A DNA stretch of 64,000 nucleotides. Source: an uncultured Gammaproteobacteria bacterium. Its GTDB lineage: Bacteria > Patescibacteriota > Patescibacteriia > UBA9934. The position numbers and the translations under genes were made by a program. Numbering within the stretch: position 1 is the stretch's first letter; every line of letters begins with the position of its first letter. Below the pieces are notes generated by a model, which searched no databases, had not been told where the DNA came from, and saw only the letters and a list, made by a program, of their open reading frames with translations. Below, piece by piece: positions 39,101-49,068 of this stretch. Location of the stretch: NCBI GenBank assembly GCA_964452565.1, contig CAYVLY010000002.1, positions 119,166 to 183,165 on the forward strand, given 5' to 3'.

Positions 39101-39562
39101 ATGGCAAGGAAGACCAGTCCTATGGATAAGGCGGCAGCGGCCGCAGAGAAGGAGTTCGACACTATCCTGAGCGAAGGAACTCCCTCCGCAGAAGATATCA
39201 GCGAGGTCGCCCTTTGGTGGACTACCCACTTCCTCAACGCCGGGCACAAGCGACTCGGTCGCCTGATGGTGAGGGTGTCGAGCATCGGTGTCGATCGCGG
39301 CCTCAAGCCCAATGGTCATCCGGGAGACAACCCCCTCGACCAAGCAGCAGAGGCAGCAAGGGCTGCAATCAGCCAGCGCATCGAAGAGGGAGACATGCCG
39401 AACGATGGTGTGAAAGCTGTCGCTGACTGGCTCAAGAGTCACTATGGTGCCGCTGGACACAAGCGGCTCGGTCGCGTGCTCGTGCAGCACTGCTGTGACC
39501 TCCACGGCATCCAAAACCACCCGGCTATCATCCGCAGATTCATTGCTGGGCCCGAAAAATAG
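39101..39562 (+). CDS. Hypothetical protein with duplicated W..H..AGHKRLGR domain
   Basis: Two internal repeats; promoter TTGACA-17-TAGAAA at 39016-39044; SD GAGGAG. Confidence 0.75.
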   Translation: MARKTSPMDKAAAAAEKEFDTILSEGTPSAEDISEVALWWTTHFLNAGHKRLGRLMVRVSSIGVDRGLKPNGHPGDNPLDQAAEAARAAISQRIEEGDMPNDGVKAVADWLKSHYGAAGHKRLGRVLVQHCCDLHGIQNHPAIIRRFIAGPEK

Positions 39563-39631
39563 CCTAGTGTAGAAATACGCGCACCTGGCTACAACACCAC
39601 CCTGGCTCTTGGCTGGGGTGTTCTGCTTCTC

Positions 39632-39660
39632 TTGACAAATTTCGCCAATTTCACTACACT
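39632..39660 (+). promoter_or_regulatory. Sigma-70 promoter of rplS
   Basis: TTGACA-17 bp-TACACT. Confidence 0.75.
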
Positions 39661-39730
39661 TCCCCCTGTTAATCCATCTGTGAATGAAGGGGCCTCTCTT
39701 CCTCTGGCACGGTGAAGTAAAACTCAAAAT

Positions 39731-40276
39731 ATGAGTGACGAAGAAAAGAAAATAAAAGAAGAGCAGAACACAGACGAAAAAAAGCCAGTTGAGTCGGAAA
39801 CAGCTGATGCACCCACCAAAGAGGCAGCTCCAGAAGCTGAGGTTGCAGAAGAAGCAACTAAGGCACCGACTCAGGAAGAAAAAAAGCCAGAGACTGATAC
39901 ACTTCAAGAAGAGCTTCAAGCAGCTGCTGAAGAAAAAACTCCAGTTCAAGAGCTTCCAAACCGAGACATTAAACCTGGAATGCTAATCCGCGTCCATGAA
40001 CGAATCGTTGACATCTCTCCAAAGGGAGAGAAGCGAGAACGTGTGCAGGTGTTTGAAGGTATGGTCATGGGACTCAAGAGCAAGGGAGTTGCTCGAACAA
40101 TGACTGTTCGAAAGGACTCAAAAGGTTTCATGGTAGAAAAGATTTTCCCACTTTCATCTCCGAACATCGCAAAGATCGAGGTAAAGAAACAGTACCGAGT
40201 GCGTCGAGCAAAGCTCAGCCACTTGCGTGGAAAATTCAAGCGAAAGTTGAAGGAGATCAAGGAGGTTCAGAAATAA
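39731..40276 (+). CDS. rplS: 50S ribosomal protein L19 with acidic N-terminal extension
   Basis: IKPGMLIRVH, RERVQVFEG, TVRK, VEKIFPL.SP, VRRAKL..LR. Confidence 0.95.
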   Translation: MSDEEKKIKEEQNTDEKKPVESETADAPTKEAAPEAEVAEEATKAPTQEEKKPETDTLQEELQAAAEEKTPVQELPNRDIKPGMLIRVHERIVDISPKGEKRERVQVFEGMVMGLKSKGVARTMTVRKDSKGFMVEKIFPLSSPNIAKIEVKKQYRVRRAKLSHLRGKFKRKLKEIKEVQK

Positions 40277-40278
40277 CA

Positions 40279-40323
40279 ACAGAACCCAGCCGAAGGCCCT
40301 GAGCCTATCGAAGGGAACACAGA
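40279..40323 (+). repeat. 45-bp REP-like repeat, also present at 57479-57523
   Basis: ACAGAACCCAGCCGAAGGCCCTGAGCCT(A/G)TCGAAGGGAACACAGA, 44 of 45 identical. Confidence 0.9.
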
Positions 40324-40437
40324 TCAAAGGACCGCCGCAAGGCGGTTCTTTTATATTGACAGAAAGACATAAAACTGGTAGTCTCCAAAGTCGAAAGACT
40401 TGAGTGTGGGCATCCCGCCCGCCTCTTGGAGGGAAAC

Positions 40438-40908
40438 ATGAACAGAAAACTCGCGATGCTGGCCATCGCCTCCACCTTCCTGGCCTCCTGCGCCTTGAGC
40501 AAAGGTACCGGCCTCACCGATTGCCACGATGCACACGGCTTTGTCAGTGACACGGTCTGGATCTCAGGATCTGTCAGGCGGCCGATCAAGGTCGCCAAGA
40601 CGATCGAACAGCATGCTCACCAATTCGATCACTGCAAGAACTTCTCTGATGTGCGTGGGACCACCAGCGAACAACGTCCGGGTGTCAGGCTCATCATACG
40701 CGAAGTACCCCAAGAAATCACCGTAGAGGTGATGGTGCAGTCCAACGGCACCCCCATCGAAGGTGGTGGGCGCACGGAATACGAATCGCCCATGGAAACT
40801 TGCTATCGGGAAACCATGGAGATGATTGGCTTTCCTGCCTGCACAGGCCCGAACTACTACACGGTCATGTGGTTCCCGGATCGTGACCAGAAAACCCCCG
40901 CCCCATAG
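40438..40908 (+). CDS. Putative lipoprotein
   Basis: Lipobox FLASC; promoter TTGACA-17-TAGTCT at 40356-40384; GGAGG SD. Confidence 0.7.
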   Translation: MNRKLAMLAIASTFLASCALSKGTGLTDCHDAHGFVSDTVWISGSVRRPIKVAKTIEQHAHQFDHCKNFSDVRGTTSEQRPGVRLIIREVPQEITVEVMVQSNGTPIEGGGRTEYESPMETCYRETMEMIGFPACTGPNYYTVMWFPDRDQKTPAP

Positions 40909-41020
40909 GCAGCAGACCGACGCGCTGTCTCGTTCGTCCGCCCCACCCCGGGGCGGTTTCTGATTTTTTAAAAACCCCCTGGCCACGCCAGGGATTTTTG
41001 TTAAATATGTCTAAATTTTT

Positions 41021-41824
41021 TTACGCTGCCAACTTTATAACTTGACTATCTACCCCTTTCTCATCACCCTCAGCACTTCGTGCACCGCCCTCATCTAATA
41101 TCTGACGCTCACCAACGATGTACAATTCATCTGAAGCATTTGGTGTCCAATGTATTGCCATTTCATGCATAGGAAGTGCGTGATCCTCACCTACATGCAC
41201 ACCCTGCTCTTCGAGAGCGCCTCTCATATCATCAACTTTGCGCTGTATACTTTCTTCACTCCAACCATATTCATATTTCTGACTCTTGACCCCCATGGTC
41301 CTTAATAGTGTCAGTTCCACAGATTCAAAATCAACATCAGCATCTTTCATAGCATCTGCAATCTTACCAGCCGAATATTCCCTGGTATCATGACCCCAAT
41401 GTCTATCATCATCTTCTTCCTTATAATTACCCCACCCGAGCCTAGAGCGTGGTGTTAAATGGACCATGATGACACGATCCTCGCCCTCCGAAGACTTACC
41501 AATACCAAATGCAACCATACATCCAGAAACTCTATTTGTTAGCAATTCATGCCCCTCTGATAAAATGACACCTGAATCAGTGGGCACAATTCCCGCCTTG
41601 CCATCTGGAACCTCGGCCATAGCAATATCCCCCATGCGGACATGGATCTTTTGACTGACCCTATCTTCCCCATCAACAATATTCGATAAATCTGCGGTCT
41701 GACGATTTTCAAATTTTTGTGTATAAAGATCTAATATCATCTTTCGTGTTAATACTGCTCCGGATGGCTCTCTTTGTTCACTATGAGCCTCCTGGCTAAT
41801 ATGATCTCTTTTTAGTTCATTCAT
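41021..41824 (-). CDS. Hypothetical protein, possible CheD/YfiH-like deamidase fold
   Basis: LLTNRVSGCMVAFG...IMVHLTP Cys/His pattern. Confidence 0.55.
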   Translation of the reverse strand: MNELKRDHISQEAHSEQREPSGAVLTRKMILDLYTQKFENRQTADLSNIVDGEDRVSQKIHVRMGDIAMAEVPDGKAGIVPTDSGVILSEGHELLTNRVSGCMVAFGIGKSSEGEDRVIMVHLTPRSRLGWGNYKEEDDDRHWGHDTREYSAGKIADAMKDADVDFESVELTLLRTMGVKSQKYEYGWSEESIQRKVDDMRGALEEQGVHVGEDHALPMHEMAIHWTPNASDELYIVGERQILDEGGARSAEGDEKGVDSQVIKLAA

Positions 41825-41942
41825 ATAAAGACATATTATATTAAAACTCCCCTTTTGGGGAGTCTTATAGATCCTTCGACTCGGCCAGACAAGCTGACCT
41901 CGCTCAGGATGACGGCTTCTGGAATACAGCTATCCGCTACCG

Positions 41943-44816
41943 TCATTTCTTTTTTGACTTTGCTGTGCCCTTTTTCTTCATTGCCTCTTTAAGATACTTT
42001 CCAGTGAACGTTTTTGCTTTTGCGATTTCCTTAGGTGTTCCTTCGCCAATTATCTTTCCGCCTTTGATTCCACCTTCTGGTCCCATGTCGATAAGCCAAT
42101 CAGATGATTTCATTACATCTGTGTTGTGTTCGATAACTAATACAGTATTACCTTTATCAACCAATGCATGTAGCACGCCAAGTAGACGCTCAATGTCATC
42201 AAAGTGAAGTCCTGTTGTTGGCTCATCAAGAATGTATAGGGTCTTTCCGGTTGCACGTCGAGACAACTCAGTTGAAAGCTTCACGCGCTGCGCCTCACCT
42301 CCAGACAAGGTCGTGGCGGGTTGTCCAAGTGTTAAATACCCAAGTCCAACCTCATGTAACACATTGAGCTTTTCGTAGATGTTTGATCGATCCGCAAAGA
42401 AACGTCGCGCTTCATCAACTGTCATGTTCAAAACATCAGCAATGTTCTTCTGACGATAGTGAATATCAAGCACCTCTTGAACATATCGATTTCCCTTACA
42501 CTCAGGACACGGCGCATATACATCTGGCATGAATTGCATCTCGATTCTAATCTGTCCATCTCCAGAACAGGCCTCGCAACGACCTCCGCCCTTTACATTA
42601 AAGCTAAACTTTCCAGCATCATATCCACGCAACTTCGCCTCTGATACTTCTGTAAACAAATCTCGAATTGCAGTGAACACGCCGGTATATGTAGCAGGGT
42701 TTGAACGAGGAGTTCGTCCAATCGGAGACTGATCAACTGTCACCACCTTGTCAATACTCTTTATTCCTTTAATCTCCTTATGCTCTCCTGGATAAGCTTT
42801 TGCACGGTAAAAGTGCTTTGAAAGTGCCTTTCCGAGGATATCGAGGATCAACGTTGACTTACCTGAGCCTGATACTCCAGTAACACAGACTAGCTTTCCA
42901 AGAGGAACCTCAGCTGTGACATTCTCAAGGTTGTGCTGGTTGGCGCCAACGATTGTAATCTTCTTATTGTTCCCTTTTCGATATTGTTTTGGGGTCTTAA
43001 GCGTCTTTCGCCCCATCAGATAATCACCAGTTAAAGAATCCTTATCTTTCATCATTTGTGCCGGAGTTCCTTCAGCAACAATCTGACCACCATAGGCTCC
43101 TGCTCCTGGTCCAACATCAAATACATAGTCAGCGGCCTTAATCATGTCTTCATCATGCTCAACAACAATCACAGAGTTTCCAAGATCACGAAGATGTTTA
43201 ATAGTTTCGATTAGATGCTCATTGTCACGCGGATGAAGCCCAATAGATGGTTCATCAAGAACATAGATCACTCCTGAAAGCGCTGCTCCAAGCTGAGTCG
43301 CTAGACGGACACGTTGAGACTCACCGCCTGAAAGCGTCATAGCACATCGATCAAGGGTAAGGTATCCGAGCCCAACATCGATTAAATGCTGAACACGCTC
43401 ACGAACTTCTTTTGCAACTCGCTCAACGACTAGTGCGTAAGCATCTGAAAGGTCACTATCTCCATTGAGCTTCTCAGCCTCAGCAAGCACATCATCAAAG
43501 AAACCTGGGACATCCTCGATCGGACGGGAAACAACATCAGCAATAGACTGATCATTGATTGTGAAAAGTAGCACCTCTTTGCGAAGACGCTGGCCACCAC
43601 AATCCGGGCATGTCATTGAACGCATGTATGTTTCAAGCTCTTTGCGAACATACTCACTAGAAGTTTCACGATACTTTTGCTCAAGCATTCCAATAACTCC
43701 CGGGAATGTAATCTTACGACCACCAACTTCATATTCAGTGCCTCCTGTTCCGTTAAGAACTATGTCAAGTTTCTTTTGCGTAAACTTCTCTAGTGGATCG
43801 TGCATGCTAAACTTTTGCTTTTTCGCAACAGTTTGAAGTACTTCCATGTACCCGCTTTGATTTCCCGCAATTCTACTCCAAGGCTTTACTGCACCCTGCG
43901 CCAAAGTCAATCGCTTGTTTGGCACAACAAGATCTGGTTCCAAAACCAATTTGACGCCAAGCCCAGTACATTCAGGACAAGCGCCAGCTGGGGAGTTAAA
44001 TGAAAATAGTCGTGGCTCAAGCTTTGGAATCTGCATTCCACTTGGTAGATGATATCCCTGAACCAATTCCTCCTCGTCACCCGTGTCGTCTCGGTACATA
44101 AGCAGACGATCGTTTCCAAGATCAAGCGCTTTTTCAAGAATTACGCGCATGCGCTCTATTGGCACATCCTCCTTTACATCAAATCTATGCGCGAGAATCT
44201 CAATTGTATGTTTTTTTGTTTTTTGTTTGCGCATTCCAATAGCCTCATCCAGATCCATCATCAAACCATCGTATCGAACCTCATCAAAACCAGCATTCTT
44301 GGCAGCAATCAAAACCTGTTGATGCTCACCCTTTTGGTCTTCAACCATTGGAATGAAAAGCATGACCTCACCACCCTTTATAGCTACTGTAACTTGTGTA
44401 GCAATATCCTCGAGCGTTCTCTGTTCGATTAACTTACCTGTCTCAGGATGATGCGGCTGTGCAACACGGGAAAATAAAACACGCAGATAGTCATAGATCT
44501 CCGTGACTGTTCCCACAGTTGAGCGTGGGTTGTGTGAAGAAGACTTTTGATCAATCGCGATTGTTGGAGAAAGTCCAGTGATCTCGTCAACGTCAGGCTT
44601 GTCCTGAAGTTCCAAGAACTGCTTTGCATAACTTGAAAGCGACTCCATGTATCTACGTTGCCCTTCGGCATAGATCGTATCAAACGCCAGGGATGATTTT
44701 CCTGAACCAGAGAGTCCGGTTATCACCACAAGCTCATTCTTTGGTATGTCGCAATTTACGTTTTTAAGGTTATGCACTCTTGCACCGCGAATAGTCAATT
44801 TGTCTTCGTTTTTCAC
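41943..44816 (-). CDS. uvrA: Excinuclease ABC subunit A
   Basis: [32 protein letters not shown], two ABC cassettes, zinc fingers. Confidence 0.98.
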   Translation of the reverse strand: MKNEDKLTIRGARVHNLKNVNCDIPKNELVVITGLSGSGKSSLAFDTIYAEGQRRYMESLSSYAKQFLELQDKPDVDEITGLSPTIAIDQKSSSHNPRSTVGTVTEIYDYLRVLFSRVAQPHHPETGKLIEQRTLEDIATQVTVAIKGGEVMLFIPMVEDQKGEHQQVLIAAKNAGFDEVRYDGLMMDLDEAIGMRKQKTKKHTIEILAHRFDVKEDVPIERMRVILEKALDLGNDRLLMYRDDTGDEEELVQGYHLPSGMQIPKLEPRLFSFNSPAGACPECTGLGVKLVLEPDLVVPNKRLTLAQGAVKPWSRIAGNQSGYMEVLQTVAKKQKFSMHDPLEKFTQKKLDIVLNGTGGTEYEVGGRKITFPGVIGMLEQKYRETSSEYVRKELETYMRSMTCPDCGGQRLRKEVLLFTINDQSIADVVSRPIEDVPGFFDDVLAEAEKLNGDSDLSDAYALVVERVAKEVRERVQHLIDVGLGYLTLDRCAMTLSGGESQRVRLATQLGAALSGVIYVLDEPSIGLHPRDNEHLIETIKHLRDLGNSVIVVEHDEDMIKAADYVFDVGPGAGAYGGQIVAEGTPAQMMKDKDSLTGDYLMGRKTLKTPKQYRKGNNKKITIVGANQHNLENVTAEVPLGKLVCVTGVSGSGKSTLILDILGKALSKHFYRAKAYPGEHKEIKGIKSIDKVVTVDQSPIGRTPRSNPATYTGVFTAIRDLFTEVSEAKLRGYDAGKFSFNVKGGGRCEACSGDGQIRIEMQFMPDVYAPCPECKGNRYVQEVLDIHYRQKNIADVLNMTVDEARRFFADRSNIYEKLNVLHEVGLGYLTLGQPATTLSGGEAQRVKLSTELSRRATGKTLYILDEPTTGLHFDDIERLLGVLHALVDKGNTVLVIEHNTDVMKSSDWLIDMGPEGGIKGGKIIGEGTPKEIAKAKTFTGKYLKEAMKKKGTAKSKKK

Positions 44817-44910
44817 ACGCGAATTGTTATGAATGTAAGCGACGACGACAATATCATATATTTTGATAAGTGGCAAGACTGAGACTGCGTAATCAAAAAA
44901 CCGACCCTAT

Positions 44911-44995
44911 TTTCCATCCCGAGTGTTAGTCGACCTGCCTGCCGGCAGGCAGGGGGATCTCTCGACTCGTCCTTCGGACTCGCTCGAGATGGAAA
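44911..44995. repeat. REP-like palindromic element (family also at 41869-41913, 54869-54952, 59705-59751, 63942-64000)
   Basis: Shared TCCATCC(C/T)GAG...GATCT...CGCTC(G/A)(G/A)GATG(G/A) ends. Confidence 0.8.
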
Positions 44996-45049
44996 TATTC
45001 ATGGATCGGTTTTTTATAATCACTTTTAATCACCTTTTCATCCTCTTCC

Positions 45050-46600
45050 TCACCACGTCGGATTGCAATCTACATCTTCTCCATCCTCATCCCTACAATC
45101 CATCAAACCATATCCAGAGGATTCAGAGTTCGCGCAATTTACAATAAGCTCATCTCCAGCAAATCCAGCCGCAGTGGCAAGTGCTGCAACAACTGGAATC
45201 GCTGCACCACCCGTAATAACAATGCCGGGGACCCCTAAGACAGTCACTATGACAGCCGCCTCGCCATCAAGGTCCAACTGAAATACCGCACACTGCTCAC
45301 CTTCTGGCGCCAATCCGCATGGATCATTTATACAAATCTCCTCCAACCAAGGATAGTTCTCATCACCACTCTCAATATCATCGATTGGCTCATACTCTAG
45401 CTCCTGCTCTCCAACGTCCAATAACTCTGGGTCTAAGTATGTAGCAAGAACAAGGTCGTACGCTCGACAACTCTCACTATCCCCATCCTCTGCATCTTGA
45501 CGCAGCTGATCGCAGTCTAGGGAATTGCCCTCTTCTGGATATACAAGCTCTACACAAGCAGTGTATGAAACTCCCAAATCAAACAGACCGGGATCATACT
45601 CACAGTAATAGAGATCATCATCATCTGGCTCAGGATCGCTTGCAAGTAATGACTCACATGCACTGTCACTTGGAGTAACGCCTTGTGAATGCGCAAATCC
45701 ACAACGAACACATTCATAACCAGTAGCACTCTCTGTCGAGCTCATGCAAGTTTCCATTGGATCTTCTGTCTCTCCATCATCTTCATAGCACGTTGACCAT
45801 ATACATTCGGTGCCATCTGTTATCGACGTCTGAACATCTTCAAACCCCTCACGAAATCCATCAACAATACCCGTATCACCGCATGCATCAGTATCCGCGG
45901 TAATATTCAACCCCGCCTCTTCCATAACTTCACAAGTCGAACTTGGATCTAAGAAAACAATGGTTCGAATCTTTGGCGGACTCAATCGATTGAAAGTCGT
46001 GAAGCTTGGATCAACTAGGTTTGCAATCGCATAGGTTGCAAACAGAAGAATAATCCCCACCACTGCATTTTTGATTCGTGTTTTTGCCTTACCAACTTTT
46101 TCTGGCTTTCCACGTGCCAACATGTACTGTAAACCACCAAGCATGATAATTACGATTGCCAGAAGTGATCCAGCGGTTAGTACCCAACTGTATGCAGCGT
46201 TTATGTAATCCCCTAAACTGTCAGACTCAGTAAAACTTCCAATGGCAACGTTAAGGCTAACTGCCTCAGGTTCTGAATAGCAGCGACCCTCACCCGGTAA
46301 ACAGTTTGTTGCCTGTCCTTCCCACTCGCCTTCGAGTTCACCAGTCTCAGTTGATGTCTCACACTCATACTGAGTCCAACACATTGTATTGTATTGCGGC
46401 TCAAGATCACTCTGATCTTCTGTGTAACATCCAAGGTAATCATCACAGGCGTCCTGGCAGGCTGCCACATCTTCTGACTCTCCATTTTCATATGCACCCC
46501 CACTCGACTCGCACCAACAGGCACAGGTATCTGCCAAAACAAAAGATGGCAGAACACAGAACGCGGAAAGCAGAATAAATAAAACTAACAAACGTTTCAT
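45050..46600 (-). CDS. CPR-type pilin-domain protein with Cys-rich acidic extracellular regions
   Basis: Signal peptide; YI..AY..L....LAIVIIMLGGLQYM.A.G...GKAKTRIKNAVVGIILL TrbC/VirB2-like hairpin. Confidence 0.8.
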   Translation of the reverse strand: MKRLLVLFILLSAFCVLPSFVLADTCACWCESSGGAYENGESEDVAACQDACDDYLGCYTEDQSDLEPQYNTMCWTQYECETSTETGELEGEWEGQATNCLPGEGRCYSEPEAVSLNVAIGSFTESDSLGDYINAAYSWVLTAGSLLAIVIIMLGGLQYMLARGKPEKVGKAKTRIKNAVVGIILLFATYAIANLVDPSFTTFNRLSPPKIRTIVFLDPSSTCEVMEEAGLNITADTDACGDTGIVDGFREGFEDVQTSITDGTECIWSTCYEDDGETEDPMETCMSSTESATGYECVRCGFAHSQGVTPSDSACESLLASDPEPDDDDLYYCEYDPGLFDLGVSYTACVELVYPEEGNSLDCDQLRQDAEDGDSESCRAYDLVLATYLDPELLDVGEQELEYEPIDDIESGDENYPWLEEICINDPCGLAPEGEQCAVFQLDLDGEAAVIVTVLGVPGIVITGGAAIPVVAALATAAGFAGDELIVNCANSESSGYGLMDCRDEDGEDVDCNPTW

Positions 46601-46690
46601 ACAGCTATATTGTAGCATGAAAGAGACATGATCATATGCTATACTGTGAGCATTGACGCATAAGGCTAATCCTGCTAGGATCTTACCGTT

Positions 46691-46900
46691 ATGACATTAG
46701 ACATTATACAATTTATCCTTGCTATTTTGCTGGTTGGAGCAGTGCTTATCCAGTCAAAAAACGCAGGACTTGGATCAATCTTTGGAGGAAGTGACAATGT
46801 ACAAACAACTCGACGTGGAGTTGAGAGAAAACTGCACATTACAACAATTGTGATCGCAATTTTGTTCTTTGCTATCTCGCTTCTCAACGTCTTGTACTAG
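46691..46900 (+). CDS. secG: Preprotein translocase subunit SecG
   Basis: VLIQSKNAGLGSIFGG...TRRGVERKL..T. Confidence 0.93.
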   Translation: MTLDIIQFILAILLVGAVLIQSKNAGLGSIFGGSDNVQTTRRGVERKLHITTIVIAILFFAISLLNVLY

Positions 46901-46946
46901 ATAGATCCCTCGCAAGCTTTTTATTGAAAGCCGCGAACCGACAAAC

Positions 46947-48773
46947 ATGTCAACTCACATGAAAAACCTAAAACGAACACTCAAGCGCGTGATCGCGCCA
47001 GTGAAATCTTTCTTTACAAAAAAACCTTCCAGCAAGAAGAACCTGGCAATGCAACAGGTAATGAGCGCTAAAGAGGTTAAAAAAGTTCCAAGCGGAAAGC
47101 AGCTTAAGCACTTCCCTTCATTATTATCGCAACGTGAAAGGATGATCGCTGGAGTTGCTGTTCTTATTATTATAATCTCTGGGATATTTCTTATCCGGTC
47201 AATCATCGGCACCCAACAAACAACCATCGCTGCAGTTGGAGGAGAATACACTGAAGGCCTAATTGGATCACCACAGTTGATCAATCCTCTCTACTCCCTT
47301 ACAAGTGATGTGGATACAGACCTTTCTAGACTCATATATAGTGGTTTAACAAAATTTGATACTGAGCTTGGAACGGCGCTTGACCTTGCAGAATCTTATT
47401 CGATTTCAGAAGACGGACTTGAGTACACATTTACCATTCATGAGAATGCTAAATGGCATGATGGCAATCCAGTGCTTGCAGATGACATCATCTTTACAAT
47501 AAGCGCGGTTCAAAATACGCAGTACCGTAGCCCGCTTGCAACAAGTTTTGAGGGAGTAACTGTCTCGCAGGTTGATGACCGTACAGTGCTTTTCACACTT
47601 GAAGAAACATCTGGCTCATTCATGTCACTTATGAGCGTTGGGATCCTGCCATCACACCTTTGGCAGGAGATAACACCGGCTAACGCTGTTCTGACACAAC
47701 TCAACATTAAACCCATTGGATCTGGTCCATATATGTTTGAGGTGTTGGAAAAAGACGAACGGACTGGGAATATTAAGAACTATACTTTGGAAAGATTTGC
47801 CGATTATTACGGAGATGGTCCATATATCGAATCAATAACTTTTAAATTCTACCCAGACCTCATATCAGCATTAAACGCACTGCAAAATCATAATGTTGAG
47901 GGTGTGAGTTATGTCCCAGTATCCGAAGCTCTGGCACTTGAGGACGAAGACCGCACTACTATAATGACAGCTGGGATGAATGAATATGTATCTGCGTTCT
48001 TCAACCAGGACTCATCAAATGCGCTCGCTGATGAAGAAGTTAGGAAGGCACTTGTCTTTGGTGTGTATTATGAAGAAATTATTGATGAAGTGTTCTCTGG
48101 GTATGCCCGATCAACTAGCAGCTTTATTCTTCCTGAGACATTAGGGTATTCAGAAGACATTGTCGATGTCGGGTTTGATCAAAAATACGCAACTACAATC
48201 CTAAACGAGGCAGGTTGGGAGATTGATGGTGATACAGGCCTAAGAATGAAGGGCGATGAAACCTTGTCGCTCACAATAACAACGCTTGAATCTCAGGAAT
48301 TGCTTGATGTGGCAGAACTTTTAAAAACTCGTTGGGAAGAGTTAAATATCGAAGTTGAGATTGAGGCGGTTGATGTTACTACATTCAAAAATGAGACTAT
48401 TGTGGATCGCGATTATGAAATCCTGCTATCAGGAGAGGTTTATAGTGCAAACTTGGATCCATATGTTTTCTGGCACTCATCACAGGTTGATTATCCAGGC
48501 CTTAACTTAGCCGGATATGAGGACGCTGATGCTGACACTCATATAGAGACTGCTCGCGAAACAACTGATATTGCGAAACGAGAATCAAACCTTATCAGTT
48601 TACAGGAAATCATTCTTGCAGATTATCCTGCTGTATTCTTGTACCAGCCACTCTACACATACGCGATCTCAAGCTCGATCAGAGGGGCCGAGTATGAGCG
48701 TATTTCCGTACCAGCTGATAGATTCAATAACATCAACGAATGGCACATAAAATCATCTAAAAGCTTTGAATAG
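46947..48773 (+). CDS. ABC peptide transporter substrate-binding protein (family 5)
   Basis: GGEYTEG.IG.P..INP, DLAESY, WHDG.PV.ADD, PIGSGPY. Confidence 0.92.
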   Translation: MSTHMKNLKRTLKRVIAPVKSFFTKKPSSKKNLAMQQVMSAKEVKKVPSGKQLKHFPSLLSQRERMIAGVAVLIIIISGIFLIRSIIGTQQTTIAAVGGEYTEGLIGSPQLINPLYSLTSDVDTDLSRLIYSGLTKFDTELGTALDLAESYSISEDGLEYTFTIHENAKWHDGNPVLADDIIFTISAVQNTQYRSPLATSFEGVTVSQVDDRTVLFTLEETSGSFMSLMSVGILPSHLWQEITPANAVLTQLNIKPIGSGPYMFEVLEKDERTGNIKNYTLERFADYYGDGPYIESITFKFYPDLISALNALQNHNVEGVSYVPVSEALALEDEDRTTIMTAGMNEYVSAFFNQDSSNALADEEVRKALVFGVYYEEIIDEVFSGYARSTSSFILPETLGYSEDIVDVGFDQKYATTILNEAGWEIDGDTGLRMKGDETLSLTITTLESQELLDVAELLKTRWEELNIEVEIEAVDVTTFKNETIVDRDYEILLSGEVYSANLDPYVFWHSSQVDYPGLNLAGYEDADADTHIETARETTDIAKRESNLISLQEIILADYPAVFLYQPLYTYAISSSIRGAEYERISVPADRFNNINEWHIKSSKSFE

Positions 48774-49068
48774 CCCCAGAGGTTGCCCCTGAGGGGTTGA
48801 CAGTATTAATCATACGTGCTATTATACTTATCTTAATACCCACGTGTGCCCCTTGAAAAAAGTGATGAAAGGCAGAAAAAGTGATCAAAGGTGATTTTTT
48901 AATAATCACTTCTAATCACCTCTTCAACCTTTTTGACCCTCCTTCTGCTATGTGACTAGTCGTCTCTTTTTCGTATTTCAAAAAAGTCGAGTATTCATAT
49001 ACGTGGATCGGTATAAATCCGATCGGCATCGCAAGATGCAGCTTATTCATTCGTTAACAATTTAAACT

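Noticed and set aside
38996-39949. 317-aa minus-strand ORF
   Set aside because: Antisense shadow of rplS and the AGHKRLGR gene.
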